DNA of 57,241 bases from Candidatus Entotheonellaceae bacterium (GCA_048594805.1 JBMDXC010000285.1:1-57241); one strand, 5' to 3'; counted from the first letter of the stretch, positions 18,473 through 28,101 are shown. Notes: generated from the letters alone by a model not told the origin. Program-made: numbers and translations.

Positions 18473-21400
18473 TCATTGGTCGGTATGGAGGCGGACGGTG
18501 TTCTGGGGTGGTGTGTGTGGCGCCCCGCGGAGTTTCTCCTGAATCAGCTCGGGCCTATAGAAGTGCTTGCGCAGTTGCTCCCCTGAGATGTATGTCGCTG
18601 TCTTATCGAGACCCTGATGCATACTGGCGCCAATCAGATGTAAGCCGTGCGCTGAGGCAACAAAATGCCCCTCCGGTGTCCAGGCCACCCATTCGCCATC
18701 CTGCGCTGGAAAGAGGGTCAAGGTGGGCTGGAGTTCGATGGGGCTGGCTGGCATCACTGGCGGGAGTGACCACAGGCACAGGGTTTGATCGTTGGCGCCT
18801 GACAGCGCCCAGCGGCCATCCGCAGACACGGCCACAGCTTTAATTTCTCCGGTATGCCCGACGAGGATGACTCGGAGGCTACCGTCGAGCGCATAGAGCC
18901 GCAATACCCCATTGAGGCCACCTGACAGCACACCCTGCCTGTCAGGGGTAAACGTATAGGCGCTGTGGCGGTAGCCATCGGTATGGCCACGCTCAATCGT
19001 GCTGAGTCGTCGCGTGCCGTCTTGCACATGGAGACGGGCGTTGTGTTTATAAGGCCCCCCTTGCTCGAGCACGAGTGAGAGCGTCCCAAGGCGTTCGAGT
19101 GCCTGCACTGGGGAGGCATCTGAGAGTCCTCCAGGCAGGCGCGTGAACTGGGTCAGGTCAAAACGGTGTTCGAGCGGTCCCTGACGATTGGCAGAAGTAT
19201 AGACAGCGGTATGTCCCCAGCTGAGATAATGACCATCCGGCGAAAAGCCCACAGCATAGATGGTGCGCCCTGCGCCTGCGAGCCGGGTGAGCACCTGGCC
19301 TGTGTGTACCTGCCAGAGCAGGATCTCTTTGTGTTCGCCGCCCCCAGTGGCCACCCACTGGCCACTGGGATGAAACGCCGTTGCCACGACCACATTCTGA
19401 TGGCCGGTAAATACGCGTTCGGTTTTGCCACTCGGATAGGCCAAGAGCGTCAGCCGATCCGGCTGCGGAGGCGAAAAATTGCCCGCCAGCAACCGCGCGC
19501 CATCTGGCGCAAACGCCAGCGCCGAGACCTTGTGGTGTGGCCGAGCAAATACTCCGAGGGCAGCGCCGTCACGGGTCTGCCAGAGACGGATGGTTTGATC
19601 TTTACCACCTGAAGCCAGCACGGTGCCGCTGGGGTGGAAGGCCACCGTTTGCACCTGATCATCATGGCCCTGTAAGCGGGCCACCAGCGTTACTTGATGC
19701 TGCGCCAGCGGCACCGTGTTCCATAAGCCTACCGTGCGGTCATATGAGGCGGACGCCAGACGCTCCCCCGTGGCCGACCAGGCCAGATCATAGATGTGGT
19801 CGGTATGCCCGGTGAGTACCAGAGGGGCCTGGGTGAGAGTCTGACCCTGGAGTGCCGAGAGGTCCCAGAGGCGTATGGTGCTGTCTTTGCCTGCCGAGGC
19901 GAGCCAACGCCCAGCAGGCGAAAAGGCGAGGGCCAGGATCGTGTCGTTATGTCCACACAACAGGGCTACCACCTCGCCACTCGCATAATCATGGAGGCGG
20001 ATGGCGTATCGCTCGCTTGGAGCGCCGGCTAATATACCGCCTACGGCCAACCAGCGTTGCCGTCCATCGGCCTCCGGAGGAGAGAGCGTTGCTGCAGCGA
20101 GCGTGCCCTCGCGACCCTCGCCGATGTACCCGCGGATCGTCCGCGCTAGAGTAGCCTGCCGTCCGTCCGGCGTGACCGCCCAGACCCGAATAGTTTTATC
20201 GTCGCTGATCGAGACCAGTTCGCGACCGTCCGCCGTAAAAAGCAGTTCGCGGATCATGGCGACGTGTCCCCCGGTTTCGACCACCATGCGAGGTGTGCCT
20301 TCTGGCCAGAGGGTGCCTGGCTCCCCAGCAGGCGAGGCCGGGGCCGCTCTCTGGATGCTGTCTTGCGGAGCCGCTCTATCTCTCGCTGGCGGTGCAGCCC
20401 GGCGCTCTTGCTGGACTGTGCCCGGATTGAAGCGGTCTGCATCTCGCATGGTTTGGGGAGGCACAGCGGGTGGCGGGCTCTCGGGCAGTGCCGCCGAGCG
20501 CTCAGGTGCGACAGCCGACACACGCGCTTCTGATGGTACTGTGCGAGAAGGAGCACCGTCCCCCTTGTCAGCACGAGTGGGCGATGGTGTATGCGGTAAG
20601 GGAGGGACGGCTGCTTGTCGCGGTGTGCCTCTGCGAGGTTGGCTTTTCTGAGGGCGTTCCGCGCTCCGTACGGGCTTGGACGGCACTACGGGCGTTGGCG
20701 GTTCTGGCAGCGCCGCAGGTTGTTCAGGCCCTAGAGCCTTGGACTCCACTGTCTCCAGAGGCGGTGACACGTCCGGCGTGTCCATCTGCGGGGTACTCCT
20801 CGTCTGGGTGAGAGTTTGAGGGGGTTCAGAGGGCTCTGATGTCTCAGGGAGTGCTACAGCCTGTACAGAGGAGGTGAGGACTTCATCGGGTGCAACAGTG
20901 GGGGGAAGATATTCTTGCAGGGGTGGCGGAGCAGACAGCGCCGTGAGGGGAGGAGATGCCCTCATCTCAATGGGCTGTTGTGCTGTATCCGCACTGGATA
21001 TGTGTTGGAGACTATGGGCGAGTTGCGATAGATTGTGGCTACCGCGCTGAGAGACAGCCAGATGGTCGTATTGGAACGTACCAGCCAGCCCCGCTACCAC
21101 GAGAACTCCCGCAGCGTATGCCACCCCTCGCCACCACAGTGTCGAGGCGTTTTTGCCTCTATAGGCCGCAATAACATCACGTGCCATAGTGGCAGGAATA
21201 GGCTTTTGCGTGGCCAAAAAGCCCTTGATCAACAGATTCGTACATAGCACATTCATGATGCGCGCATTGCCGCGCGCATATCGCGCGATCTTCCCCATGG
21301 CCTCTACAGTGAAAACCGTGTCTGCACAGATACCGGCCTGCAGCAAGCGATGACGGAGGTAGGCCAGGCTCTCCGTGTAGGTGAGAGGGGCAAGGGTCAC

Positions 21401-21961
21401 ACGCGCCACCAGGCCCTTCTCGACGGACCGTAAGAGCACGCCATTGCCATGCTGGCAGAATGCCGGAAGGCCCGCCATGACGATCTGGAGGAGCGGCTTG
21501 CCTGTCGAGGATCTGCGATGGGCAAACCACAAGAGGCGTTCTAATGTCTCTCGCGGTACGGTGTCGGCTTCGTCAATAATGAGCGCCACTTGCCGACCCC
21601 GTTCGTGCTCGGCGAGCAAGGCATGAGAGAAGGAAGCGGTCAGCTGCTCGGCGTCCTGTGCGATGCCATCGCATCCCAGCTCCCAGCAGATTATCTTCAA
21701 GATATCAGACGTGGACAGCTTTGGATAAAAGATATGAACTGCTTTGAGGTGCTGCAGATTGCTATGAGCGAGAGCGGCGTGGAGCAGAAACGTTTTCCCC
21801 AGCCCTGGCTCTCCCAGGAGAGTAATCACTGCCTGCCCGGCTTGCAGGGCATGAAGAAGAGCCGGTAAAGCGGCCTTATAGCTGCCACCCAGAAACAGCA
21901 TGTCTGGAGTGGCCGTGTTCGAGAAAGGATCATGCTGCAGGCAATAAAAATCGAGATACAT
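18473..21961 (-). CDS. ExeA/GspA-like AAA+ ATPase, one TM helix, Pro-rich linker, multi-blade WD40 protein
   Basis: The N-terminus MYLDFYCLQHDPFS is ExeA-like. GEPGLGKT is Walker A and ALIIDEAD is Walker B. The hydrophobic segment WWRGVAYAAGVLVVAGLAGTF is at nt 21074-21136. About 260 aa of P/A/S/T/R-rich sequence follow, then 10 or more blades ending IRVWAV, IRLWDL, VGLWNT, IRLWQT, ILLWQV, LRLYAL, LCLWSL. Confidence 0.85.
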   Translation of the reverse strand: MYLDFYCLQHDPFSNTATPDMLFLGGSYKAALPALLHALQAGQAVITLLGEPGLGKTFLLHAALAHSNLQHLKAVHIFYPKLSTSDILKIICWELGCDGIAQDAEQLTASFSHALLAEHERGRQVALIIDEADTVPRETLERLLWFAHRRSSTGKPLLQIVMAGLPAFCQHGNGVLLRSVEKGLVARVTLAPLTYTESLAYLRHRLLQAGICADTVFTVEAMGKIARYARGNARIMNVLCTNLLIKGFLATQKPIPATMARDVIAAYRGKNASTLWWRGVAYAAGVLVVAGLAGTFQYDHLAVSQRGSHNLSQLAHSLQHISSADTAQQPIEMRASPPLTALSAPPPLQEYLPPTVAPDEVLTSSVQAVALPETSEPSEPPQTLTQTRSTPQMDTPDVSPPLETVESKALGPEQPAALPEPPTPVVPSKPVRSAERPQKSQPRRGTPRQAAVPPLPHTPSPTRADKGDGAPSRTVPSEARVSAVAPERSAALPESPPPAVPPQTMRDADRFNPGTVQQERRAAPPARDRAAPQDSIQRAAPASPAGEPGTLWPEGTPRMVVETGGHVAMIRELLFTADGRELVSISDDKTIRVWAVTPDGRQATLARTIRGYIGEGREGTLAAATLSPPEADGRQRWLAVGGILAGAPSERYAIRLHDYASGEVVALLCGHNDTILALAFSPAGRWLASAGKDSTIRLWDLSALQGQTLTQAPLVLTGHTDHIYDLAWSATGERLASASYDRTVGLWNTVPLAQHQVTLVARLQGHDDQVQTVAFHPSGTVLASGGKDQTIRLWQTRDGAALGVFARPHHKVSALAFAPDGARLLAGNFSPPQPDRLTLLAYPSGKTERVFTGHQNVVVATAFHPSGQWVATGGGEHKEILLWQVHTGQVLTRLAGAGRTIYAVGFSPDGHYLSWGHTAVYTSANRQGPLEHRFDLTQFTRLPGGLSDASPVQALERLGTLSLVLEQGGPYKHNARLHVQDGTRRLSTIERGHTDGYRHSAYTFTPDRQGVLSGGLNGVLRLYALDGSLRVILVGHTGEIKAVAVSADGRWALSGANDQTLCLWSLPPVMPASPIELQPTLTLFPAQDGEWVAWTPEGHFVASAHGLHLIGASMHQGLDKTATYISGEQLRKHFYRPELIQEKLRGAPHTPPQNTVRLHTDQ

Positions 21962-22036
21962 GATGGCACGACTCTCAGCTTGAAAGATAACCCGCATGCC
22001 GAGGATATACGGCAAGCATATTTCACCTAGAGCGTC

Positions 22037-23947
22037 TCATGGCGCCGAGACTGTGACTGGGGCGTCTAAGGTGGCGGTCGGGACAAAGGGCGCATCCACC
22101 ACCCCGAGCAGCCTATCGCCTGATGCCGATCGCACAGACCACGTCACTTCAGTCGCTACCAGGGGTGTTTCTGCCTCCAGGACGAAGGTAATCCTGCCAT
22201 ACGCATCAGCACTGCAGACGATGCGGTTGTTGGCTCTGTCAATAGGGACGACGGTCTGCCCTTGGAGGTCTTGGCACTCGGAGGCGGCTGTGAATTTACC
22301 TATGCCTCCCACCCGCGCCAGGGAGACAGGATCTCCTATGGGGTTGCGCACCGTGACGCGAAACCGGCCAGCCCGCACGCTCCTGGCCAGTTGAGTGCCC
22401 AGGACACTTTCAACACCAAAGCGAATACACGTGTTCAGGTGTACTGCCAGCTCTGTGGCGCGACCAACAGGCACGCCTCCCGCACGTAAGTCTTCTTCCA
22501 AGATCTCGCCACGCGGACTGCCTGTGGCATCCTGCCGGGTCAACACGTTGGTGAGGATCGCCTCGTAGCTGGCAGCAGGCGGGTTTCTGGCTTCAATGAG
22601 TAGAGCCTTGAAGAGAGCAATGGCTGTATACGACGTCGCTCCAGCACCCACATATTGAATCGCACCCTCTTGCGGATTGCTGATACGCAACGAGCACACC
22701 AGGCCATCCCCATTGGTATCAGCGATGATCCTCCCTTCCGAAGTGACCACGGTTTCCACCCGCACAATACCGCCGGATGGGGTCTTCAGGGCGCCAATAT
22801 CGGTGAGGAAGTTGGCCTCGACTGCCTGGGCGGCCTGCGAGGGAAGCTGGGGGAGAATGAAAGTCGTGAAAATCTGGTGTGCCGGCGACACGTCCTGCCC
22901 CGTCAGCAGTTCGCCTGACTGCCTGGCCCGTACAAAGGCAGAGACAGCGAACTGCGGCTCGGGAGCACATCTCACGAAACCGGCAAGGCCAGCGGGCACC
23001 CCCAGAAAATACATCCCCTGCGCATCGGTAATCGTCCGCAGCGGCTGGCCGTTGTTGCCGAGCAGTCGTATACCTTGTGGAAAAAATCGGGCAGATGCCT
23101 TTTGGAGGCTCGCATCGCGCTTGAGATTTGCCGCAATAGCCTGTAAATCTGCACGATCTAAAGCACCATCCAGGAGGTCGGCAAGTGCCGTGTCACCTTT
23201 AGAATCCAGGACAAATTCGCACGGGGCGTTGACAAAAGGTGAAAGCTCTGCACCATCGCCCGCGGCCCCTGCGGTGCCACCGGTGTCGCTATCACTACTG
23301 CCAACACCGCTGCCACCGCTGTCAGTACCACTACCGGCGTCACTCGTGTCATCACTCTCCGTGCTACCAGTGCTACTGAAGTCTACCGCAGTGATCTGCT
23401 GCTGCAACATGGCGTTGAACAAGTCTATGGCCGTGTTGACCAGCACAGTGAGATCTGGGTCCTGAGCTTGGAGGGCAGCCAGGATCTCAGCCTTGCGAGC
23501 TTGTGGATCAGACGGAGCTGTTTGCGCCAGAATCTCTGCGATAACGGTTGTGCGTGGCGATACCTCCTCCAAGCCATTCGCGGGCAGGAGCCCCCCAGCT
23601 ATGCCACCCACGGTGCTGACAAAGGTTGTCAGGCCAAGGTTTGAGAGTCCTTCAGGAGTGCACACGAGCCATCCTTGGCTCTCTAGCGGCGCTCCGAAGC
23701 GGAACTCCCCATTGCTATCGGCTGTCACTGTGGCGAGTTGGTGCCCTTTGAGATTCGTAAAGCGGCACTGGGCATTGGCAATGGGTGACATCGCCAAGCC
23801 ATCATCGACTCTGCCTTGAAGCGTCACCAGACTCTGGGTCGTGTCACCGCCCCCGCTGCCCGCATCATCTCCATCACCGCAATGCGAGAGTATGAGCGAG
23901 AAAAGGGTCAAAAGGATAGAAAGATAAACTATTTTGAAATGTTTCAT
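22037..23947 (-). CDS. Secreted protein / probable lipoprotein with carboxypeptidase-regulatory-like beta-sandwich modules and an acidic Ser/Gly/Asp linker
   Basis: Signal peptide MKHFKIVYLSILLTLFSLILSHCGDG. Repeated modules resemble LQGRVDD...TADSNGEFRF and RTITDAQGMYFLGVPAG. Start moved to 23947. The ORF-track start at 24019 is an alternative. Confidence 0.7.
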   Translation of the reverse strand: MKHFKIVYLSILLTLFSLILSHCGDGDDAGSGGGDTTQSLVTLQGRVDDGLAMSPIANAQCRFTNLKGHQLATVTADSNGEFRFGAPLESQGWLVCTPEGLSNLGLTTFVSTVGGIAGGLLPANGLEEVSPRTTVIAEILAQTAPSDPQARKAEILAALQAQDPDLTVLVNTAIDLFNAMLQQQITAVDFSSTGSTESDDTSDAGSGTDSGGSGVGSSDSDTGGTAGAAGDGAELSPFVNAPCEFVLDSKGDTALADLLDGALDRADLQAIAANLKRDASLQKASARFFPQGIRLLGNNGQPLRTITDAQGMYFLGVPAGLAGFVRCAPEPQFAVSAFVRARQSGELLTGQDVSPAHQIFTTFILPQLPSQAAQAVEANFLTDIGALKTPSGGIVRVETVVTSEGRIIADTNGDGLVCSLRISNPQEGAIQYVGAGATSYTAIALFKALLIEARNPPAASYEAILTNVLTRQDATGSPRGEILEEDLRAGGVPVGRATELAVHLNTCIRFGVESVLGTQLARSVRAGRFRVTVRNPIGDPVSLARVGGIGKFTAASECQDLQGQTVVPIDRANNRIVCSADAYGRITFVLEAETPLVATEVTWSVRSASGDRLLGVVDAPFVPTATLDAPVTVSAP

Positions 23948-24033
23948 AAAAACACCGTCCAGTATATCCTGGCCATGTGTGGATACTATAAAAAGAAGCT
24001 CGAATAAAATGTAACCCATTTAATATAAGTATC

Positions 24034-24062
24034 ATTATGCTTTGATACTTTCTCTATAGCAA
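24034..24062 (-). promoter_or_regulatory. Candidate sigma-70 promoter TTGCTA-17-CATAAT for the secreted-protein / WD40 operon
   Basis: Read on the minus strand inside a clearly AT-rich island, about 80 nt upstream of the ATG at 23947. Confidence 0.4.
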
Positions 24063-24090
24063 GAGAAAATGCATTTTTCATTCCATAGAT

Positions 24091-24119
24091 CTTTAACTCT
24101 TTGGTCTTTAACTCTTTGG
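24091..24119. repeat. Tandem direct repeat, 2 x 14 nt (CTTTAACTCTTTGG) separated by 1 nt
   Basis: Copies at 24091-24104 and 24106-24119. They lie about 30-60 nt upstream of the candidate -35. Confidence 0.8.
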
Positions 24120-24315
24120 CTCTTTGCAGCTTTCTCACTATGTCTGCACAGCGGGTGGTTGCAGAGAACACAGGTCGTAGAAATGGCCCTTTCATTTCTC
24201 TAAAAAATGGTTCTTTCAAAGAGCCACTTCTCTCGGTACACTTTGCCTGGACCCTTGGGCATGTGGTGCCCGTGGGCCGTGTCTCTTCTGCAGGAGCGCG
24301 AGGGAGCAACATATT

Positions 24316-24753
24316 ATGAAACTGCGAACGGGTGATCCCTGGATGCCAGGCTCCATCTATGGGCGTTCACTGCGTGGTCTCACGCTAAATCTGCTCGTGC
24401 GGCATATCGACGCAGCCTTACCCTTCCACCGTGAAGTCCTGGGCGCTGAGGTGGTGTACAGCGATCCGGACTTTGCCGTCCTGCGCTATGGCGAGGTAGA
24501 GTGGATGCTGCACGCTGACCATACCTACCTGGAGCACCCCCTCCACCCTAGCCTGGCCGAGGCTGGGCCACGTGGCGTTGGTGCTGAGTTACGCTTGCAT
24601 GGCCGTGATCCAGACGCAGCAGAGGCCGCAGCACGACGGCTCGGTTTTACGGTCCTGGCAAGAGCGACCGACAAGCCACACGGCCTGCGTGAAGTGTATC
24701 TCCTTGATAACGATGGCTATCTCTGGGTCCCAGACGTGCCACGGCCCGCCTGA
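24316..24753 (+). CDS. VOC (glyoxalase/bleomycin-resistance) family protein
   Basis: 145 aa with a paired beta-alpha-beta-beta-beta pattern (FHREVLGAEVVY...LREVYLLDNDGYLWV). GAGGGAG Shine-Dalgarno site. Confidence 0.65.
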   Translation: MKLRTGDPWMPGSIYGRSLRGLTLNLLVRHIDAALPFHREVLGAEVVYSDPDFAVLRYGEVEWMLHADHTYLEHPLHPSLAEAGPRGVGAELRLHGRDPDAAEAAARRLGFTVLARATDKPHGLREVYLLDNDGYLWVPDVPRPA

Positions 24754-24793
24754 TGGTAAGGAACACCTGATGGTAAGGAACAGAGGAGGAGAC

Positions 24794-26842
24794 ATGGTGG
24801 TGGCGACAAGTGCCAACAACGTGCTACGCACAGTGTGCGCACACGACTGCCCGGATGCGTGTGCTGTGCTCGTAACGGTCGAAGCAGGGCAGGTGGTGCG
24901 CACGGTGGGAGATCCGCAGCACCCATTCACGCGTGGATTCCTCTGCGGCAAGGTGAACCGTTATGCCGAGCGTGTGCATTCGCCTGAGCGCCTGCTCACT
25001 CCACTACGACGTGTTGGTGCCAAGGGCGAGGGGCAGTTTGCCCCGATCACGTGGGACGAGGCTCTGGAGGAGATCGTGAGCCGTTGGCAGGCGATCATGG
25101 CGCGCTACGGCAGTGAAGCCATTGCTGGCTACGCCTATAGCTCGCATCAGGGCTTAGTCAATCGCAATTTCACGCAGGCGCTGTTTCACGCCCTGGGCGC
25201 GACGCGGGTCAACGCTGGTGCCGTGTGCGACACGTGCTGTGGCGAAGCCTGGGAGCTGACGGTCGGGCCGGCGGGGGGCACGGAGCCTGAGCGCGTCCAG
25301 GACGCCGACTATATTATTGCCTGGGGGGCGAATCTGAACAGCACCAACGTGCATCAGATTCCCTTTATTGATATGGCCAGGCGCCAGGGCGCGCCACTGG
25401 TGGTGATCGATGTCTGGCGCACGCGCGCGGCGCGCCGTGCTGATTGGTTCATCCCTATCCGGGTGGGCACGGATGCGGCCCTGGCTCTGGGTATGGCGCA
25501 TGTGCTGCACCGCGACAACCTGATCGACCACGACTATATCCAGCGTCTGGTACTGGGATACGAGCGGTGGGCCCAGGAGGTGTTGCCACGCTATACTCCG
25601 GCTGCTGTCGAGATCATTACTGGCGTGCCAGCAACCGATATCGAAACGCTGGCCCGGGCCTATGGTCAGGCCAGAGCCCCCTTCATCCGACTTGGCCAGG
25701 GATTATCACGCCATGCCAATGGCGGCGCGGCCACGCGGGCCATCATCTGCCTCTCCGGGCTGGTCGGGGCCTGGCGGCGCCCTGGTGGTGGTGTCCTGCT
25801 CTCCACGGCTGATAGCTACAAGTTTAATTTCGCCGCTGTGCGCCGTCCTGATCTGCAGCCAGGACGGCGCCGCGTCCTCAATATGGTGCGCTGTGGTCGG
25901 GCCCTGACCGAGTGGCACAATCCACCCCTCATGGCCCTGTTCATCCAGAGCAATAATCCGGCAACCACCTGTCCTGAGCAAGCGCTGGTCCGGCGCGGGC
26001 TGGCGCGCGAGGACCTGTTTACCGTAGTGCACGACACGTTCCTGAGCGAGACGGCGCGCTATGCGGACCTGGTGCTGCCGGCGTGTACATCTTTTGAGTC
26101 GGAGGATCTCTATCGTGGCTACGGCACGTACTATGTGCAGTACGGACCACAGGTGTTAGAGCCGCAGGGGGAGGCGTGGCCGAACTACCGTCTGGTGGCC
26201 GCACTGGCGCACCGTCTGGGCCTGCACGATCCGGTGTTCAGTCGGACGCCGCGTGAGCACATGGCCGCCCTGCTAGACATGCACACTGGCCCGGTGGCTG
26301 GCCTGCGGCTCGATGATTTGCTGGATGGCATGCCACGCCGCCTGAACGTGCCGGCCCTCGGGCACACCTTTGATCACACCTTCCTCACCCCGAGCGGGAA
26401 GTTACAAATCGCCTGCCCAGAGCTGGCCGCCCGTGGGCTCCCTGACCTCCCCGACTATATCCCGGCTGCGCCGTCTGCCTATCCGCTGCGCCTGGTAACG
26501 GCCCCTGGGCATCACCTGCACCATTCCGCCTTTCTGGGTGTCGCTTCCTTGCGGCGTGCGGAGGGCGGTCCCTGGGTACGTCTGCATCCGGACGACGCAA
26601 CGCCACGCGGCATTAGTCAGGGCCAGGCCGTCGAACTCTTCAATGACGCTGGCGTGGTCGGGCTCTATGCGCGCCTGACCACGGATGTCTTGCCCGGTCT
26701 CGTGGTGGTGGAAGGGCATCGCCCCCAGTCGCAGTATCTTTCGGGTGGCCCACTCAACGTGCTCTGCTCTGACCGCTATGCGGACCTGGGCGAGGGCGCG
26801 ACGTATCAGGACACCTGGCTGGACGTGCGGCCGCTTGTGTAA
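24794..26842 (+). CDS. Molybdopterin-dependent oxidoreductase (MopB / DMSO-reductase superfamily), substrate unknown
   Basis: N-terminal Fe-S motif CAHDCPDAC...C. The length and internal motifs are typical of COG0243 enzymes. GGAGGAG lies before the ATG at 24794. Confidence 0.8.
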   Translation: MVVATSANNVLRTVCAHDCPDACAVLVTVEAGQVVRTVGDPQHPFTRGFLCGKVNRYAERVHSPERLLTPLRRVGAKGEGQFAPITWDEALEEIVSRWQAIMARYGSEAIAGYAYSSHQGLVNRNFTQALFHALGATRVNAGAVCDTCCGEAWELTVGPAGGTEPERVQDADYIIAWGANLNSTNVHQIPFIDMARRQGAPLVVIDVWRTRAARRADWFIPIRVGTDAALALGMAHVLHRDNLIDHDYIQRLVLGYERWAQEVLPRYTPAAVEIITGVPATDIETLARAYGQARAPFIRLGQGLSRHANGGAATRAIICLSGLVGAWRRPGGGVLLSTADSYKFNFAAVRRPDLQPGRRRVLNMVRCGRALTEWHNPPLMALFIQSNNPATTCPEQALVRRGLAREDLFTVVHDTFLSETARYADLVLPACTSFESEDLYRGYGTYYVQYGPQVLEPQGEAWPNYRLVAALAHRLGLHDPVFSRTPREHMAALLDMHTGPVAGLRLDDLLDGMPRRLNVPALGHTFDHTFLTPSGKLQIACPELAARGLPDLPDYIPAAPSAYPLRLVTAPGHHLHHSAFLGVASLRRAEGGPWVRLHPDDATPRGISQGQAVELFNDAGVVGLYARLTTDVLPGLVVVEGHRPQSQYLSGGPLNVLCSDRYADLGEGATYQDTWLDVRPLV

Positions 26843-26857
26843 AGGACGCTTGCAGCT

Positions 26858-27490
26858 ATGTACATGCCGAAACTGTATCAGGAAGACGACCTCGCGACCC
26901 TGCACGGGCTCATGCGCGACTATAGCTTCGCCACCCTGGTCACGCAGCATGCCGGGGCACCGTTTGCGACGCATGTCCCGCTCGTCCTGGAGGCTGACGA
27001 GGGGCCATATGGCACCCTGTATGGCCATATCGCCCGGGCCAACCCGCAGTGGCAGGATTTTCACGAGACGCAGGAGGTGCTGGTGATTTTCCAGGGGCCG
27101 CACACCTACGTGTCGCCGTCCTGGTATGAGGTCGAACTCAGCGTGCCTACCTGGAATTACACGGCGGTACATGCCTATGGCACACCGCGCCTGGTAACGG
27201 ACTACGATGCCTTTTATGCCCTCCTCGACACCCTAGTGCGCACCCATGAGGCGCAGTTTGCCAGACCCTGGCAGTTCCAATTGCCCGAGGACTACGTGCG
27301 CAAGATGATGCAGGGTATCGTGGGCTTTACTATCCGCGTCACGCGTCTTGAGGGCAAATGGAAATTGAGTCAAAACCGTTCCGCCACGGACCAGCAAAAC
27401 GTGGCCGCCACCTTGCAGCAGAGCCCTGACCCATTGAGTCGGGATGTCGGCCTCTTGATGCAGCAGCGGCAAGCCATGAGGAGGACTTGA
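26858..27490 (+). CDS. PaiB-family FMN-binding putative transcriptional regulator
   Basis: MYMPKLYQEDD...TLVT...WNYTAVHAYG...KLSQNR are typical PaiB features. Confidence 0.75.
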   Translation: MYMPKLYQEDDLATLHGLMRDYSFATLVTQHAGAPFATHVPLVLEADEGPYGTLYGHIARANPQWQDFHETQEVLVIFQGPHTYVSPSWYEVELSVPTWNYTAVHAYGTPRLVTDYDAFYALLDTLVRTHEAQFARPWQFQLPEDYVRKMMQGIVGFTIRVTRLEGKWKLSQNRSATDQQNVAATLQQSPDPLSRDVGLLMQQRQAMRRT

Positions 27491-28101
27491 TGCACATTGG
27501 CCCTGTGACCCTGGAGGGTCGACACGTGCGCCTGGAGCCCATGAGCCTGGCGCATGTGCCGGCCCTGTGGCGTGTCGGTGCCCATGAGGAAATATGGCGC
27601 TACCTCCCATATGCCGTGCACTCTGAAGACGAGATGCGGGCCTACGTCGAGGCAGAGCTGGCCAAACAACAGGCTGGGCTCGTGGTGCGTTTCATCACGG
27701 TCGCCAAGGCTATTGCAGAACCGGTAGGCTCGACCAGTTACCTCAACATTGACCGGCAGCACCGCCGCCTCGAGATTGGCGGAACCTGGATCACGCCGGC
27801 CTGGCAACGTTCACCCATCAACACCGAGGCTAAATATCTGCAACTGCGGCACGCCTTTGAGACGCTGGGCTGCATCCGTGTGGAGTTCAAGACCGACTCG
27901 CTCAACACGAAATCACGCCAGGCACTCGCCCGTATCGGGGCGGTTGAGGAAGGGACGTTTCGCAACCATATGGTGATGCCCGATGGGCGCATCCGGCACA
28001 GTGTCTATTTCAGCATCACGAGTGAGGACTGGCCGGCTATCAAGGCGCATCTCGAAGAGCTGATGGCCGCTTCCCCTCTCTCCGGGCGAGAGGAGGGGTG
28101 A
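27490..28101 (+). CDS. GNAT N-acetyltransferase (RimJ/RimL-like)
   Basis: LEGRHVRLEPMSLAHVPAL is a typical N-terminus. Its ATG overlaps the PaiB TGA (TGATG). Confidence 0.75.
   Translation: MHIGPVTLEGRHVRLEPMSLAHVPALWRVGAHEEIWRYLPYAVHSEDEMRAYVEAELAKQQAGLVVRFITVAKAIAEPVGSTSYLNIDRQHRRLEIGGTWITPAWQRSPINTEAKYLQLRHAFETLGCIRVEFKTDSLNTKSRQALARIGAVEEGTFRNHMVMPDGRIRHSVYFSITSEDWPAIKAHLEELMAASPLSGREEG

Noticed and set aside
23986-24319. A 108-aa minus-strand ORF and a 59-72-aa plus-strand ORF (the latter ending in an ATGA overlap with the VOC gene) in the AT-rich intergenic island.
   Set aside because: Neither has a convincing ribosome-binding site. The KELKTKELK sequence of the minus-strand ORF is simply the translation of the 14-nt tandem DNA repeat. 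The region is better explained as promoter or regulatory DNA.
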